DNA of 25,856 nt. Origin: a virus (Duplodnaviria; Caudoviricetes). Of the stretch, positions 25,146-25,856 are shown piece by piece. Below the pieces are notes generated by a model. The model did no database searches. It was not told the origin of the DNA and saw only the letters and a list, made by a program, of their open reading frames with translations. A program made the translations under genes and the position numbers. Location of the stretch: IMG/VR virus record IMGVR_UViG_3300043415_000103, positions 1 through 25,856 of that record; one strand, given 5' to 3'. Position 1 is the stretch's first letter; each line of letters starts with the position of its first letter.

Positions 25146-25436
25146 ATGGCAGGCACCGCAACCGATCCCGTGATTGTGCACCTTGATGGAGATTTTGCAG
25201 GGTGGCACGCAACGTTCAGGCCGTTGACGCGAATCAGCGCCCGCGTGCTCATTGATCTTGAGAGCGATTCAATCGGCATTCGATTGCAGGCGTACACCAA
25301 GATGATTCTCAGCATTGAAGGGTGGCGCGATCTTGACGGAAACCCAACCAATGATCCGCTTGATGCGCCGATTCAGGCGCTAGAGGCAGCGGCAACGAAA
25401 TTCATTGGTGAGGCCGCAACACTCCCAAAAGCGTGA
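25146..25436 (+). CDS. Tail assembly chaperone (gpG-like)
   Basis: Follows the major tail gene and ends in the slippery heptamer C CCA AAA. Confidence 0.8.
   Translation: MAGTATDPVIVHLDGDFAGWHATFRPLTRISARVLIDLESDSIGIRLQAYTKMILSIEGWRDLDGNPTNDPLDAPIQALEAAATKFIGEAATLPKA
25424..25430 (+). other. Programmed -1 ribosomal frameshift site CCCAAAA
   Basis: X XXY YYZ heptamer in the correct phase, one sense codon before the TGA. The -1 frame is the 25433-25633 ORF. Confidence 0.85.
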
Positions 25437-25633
25437 GGCTTGCCGCCCGGCAATTGAGCTTGGGGCAAAGCGTCAAGCCAACGCCCGAAATCATTTTCTA
25501 CATGCTTGCCAAAGAATTTGGCAAATTCCCGTGGGAGGTTGAAGAGCAGCCGCTATGCTACGTGTTGAAGGCGTGGGCGCTGCACGCTGAATTGCAACCC
25601 AAAGAGGTGAAGAGTGGCAGGCAAAGGCTCTGA
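25433..25633 (+). CDS. Tail assembly chaperone extension (gpT-like), probably expressed as a G-T fusion
   Basis: In the -1 frame; LAKEFGKFPWEVEEQP motif typical of gpT-like segments. Confidence 0.78.
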   Translation: MRLAARQLSLGQSVKPTPEIIFYMLAKEFGKFPWEVEEQPLCYVLKAWALHAELQPKEVKSGRQRL

Positions 25634-25856
25634 AAAGGTTAGAATTTTCGTCACGCCTCAATCATTGAAGGCGGCTGATGATCTACGGCTTGGGTTTCTT
25701 GAATCATCAAATCCGCGCAAATTCAATGCCATGCTTCAGCTTGCCACCCTCAACGCAGCCCGAACGATGGTGAAGCCCGTAAAGGCGGCGGCACCCGTGC
25801 GCACAGGGCGCTTGAAGCGCGCCGTGGCTGCACGTAAGGCGCGGAAAGATCGCCCC
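25614..25856 (+). CDS. N-terminal half of the HK97 gp10-like protein (continues at base 1)
   Basis: GTG 25614 follows GAGGTG; contains APVRTGRLKRAV; open to the window end. Confidence 0.75.
   Translation, partial: MAGKGSEKVRIFVTPQSLKAADDLRLGFLESSNPRKFNAMLQLATLNAARTMVKPVKAAAPVRTGRLKRAVAARKARKDRP

Larger units (their letters stand above)
1..25856 (+). mobile_element. Complete or near-complete circularly permuted genome of a small siphovirus-like (HK97-fold, probably cos-packaging) bacteriophage
   Basis: Full set of head, tail, lysis and recombination/replication modules, all on the + strand. The ORF starting at 25614 is exactly 81 codons to the window end and continues without a stop in frame 1 from base 1 to TAG 243. 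No host housekeeping genes seen. Confidence 0.92.

Noticed and set aside
156-25351. Numerous minus-strand and alternative-frame ORFs in the track (e.g. 995-1558, 4942-5460, 5858-6457, 15204-15809, 19402-19926)
   Set aside because: They shadow well-supported + strand genes, show no recognisable motifs, and are expected in GC-rich DNA. The + strand is already tiled by coupled genes.
1-25856. Integrase/attP, tRNA genes, diversity-generating retroelement, introns/inteins, alternative genetic code
   Set aside because: I saw no recombinase or reverse-transcriptase motifs, no cloverleaf and little intergenic space for one. TerL, portal and capsid are uninterrupted and of normal length. All three stop codons terminate genes normally.
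1-25856. Specific host assignment (high-GC monoderm such as freshwater Actinomycetota or Chloroflexota)
   Set aside because: It is suggested only by GC content, absence of lipoprotein spanins and gene style. It cannot be supported without spacer, prophage or homology matches.

Overview
The window looks like the complete, circularly permuted genome (25,856 bp, roughly 60% GC by eye) of a small HK97-type siphovirus. The last ORF (from 25614) runs off the right end and continues in frame at base 1. About 45 tightly coupled genes all lie on the + strand. In genome order: packaging and head (HNH, TerS, TerL, portal, prohead protease, capsid; 15974-22290); neck and tail (connector, tail terminator, major tail protein, tail chaperone with a CCCAAAA -1 frameshift, gp10-like, a short tape measure, hub, S74-chaperoned fibre; 22362-4730); a lysis/envelope block (4733-7518); a small Zn/HTH-like gene plus metallophosphoesterase unit (7607-9049); and an early region behind a near-consensus sigma70 promoter (YqaJ exonuclease, Rad52/Sak, minimal replication initiator, dNMP kinase, resolvase, RlpA-like, HTH plus HExxH peptidase). 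I recognised no integrase, polymerase, helicase, tRNA or CRISPR array. The most unusual features are: (1) a HAD phosphatase + unknown domain + prohead protease polyprotein with E-x-R motifs at its domain joints that match the predicted capsid maturation site, suggesting capsid-packaged enzyme cargo; (2) a cysteine-peptidase endolysin fused to a holin-like domain; (3) a secreted Pro-rich stalk protein coupled to an unannotated 2-TM peptide; (4) apparent strong avoidance of several short oligonucleotides. All family assignments come from motif recognition by eye, not from database searches.
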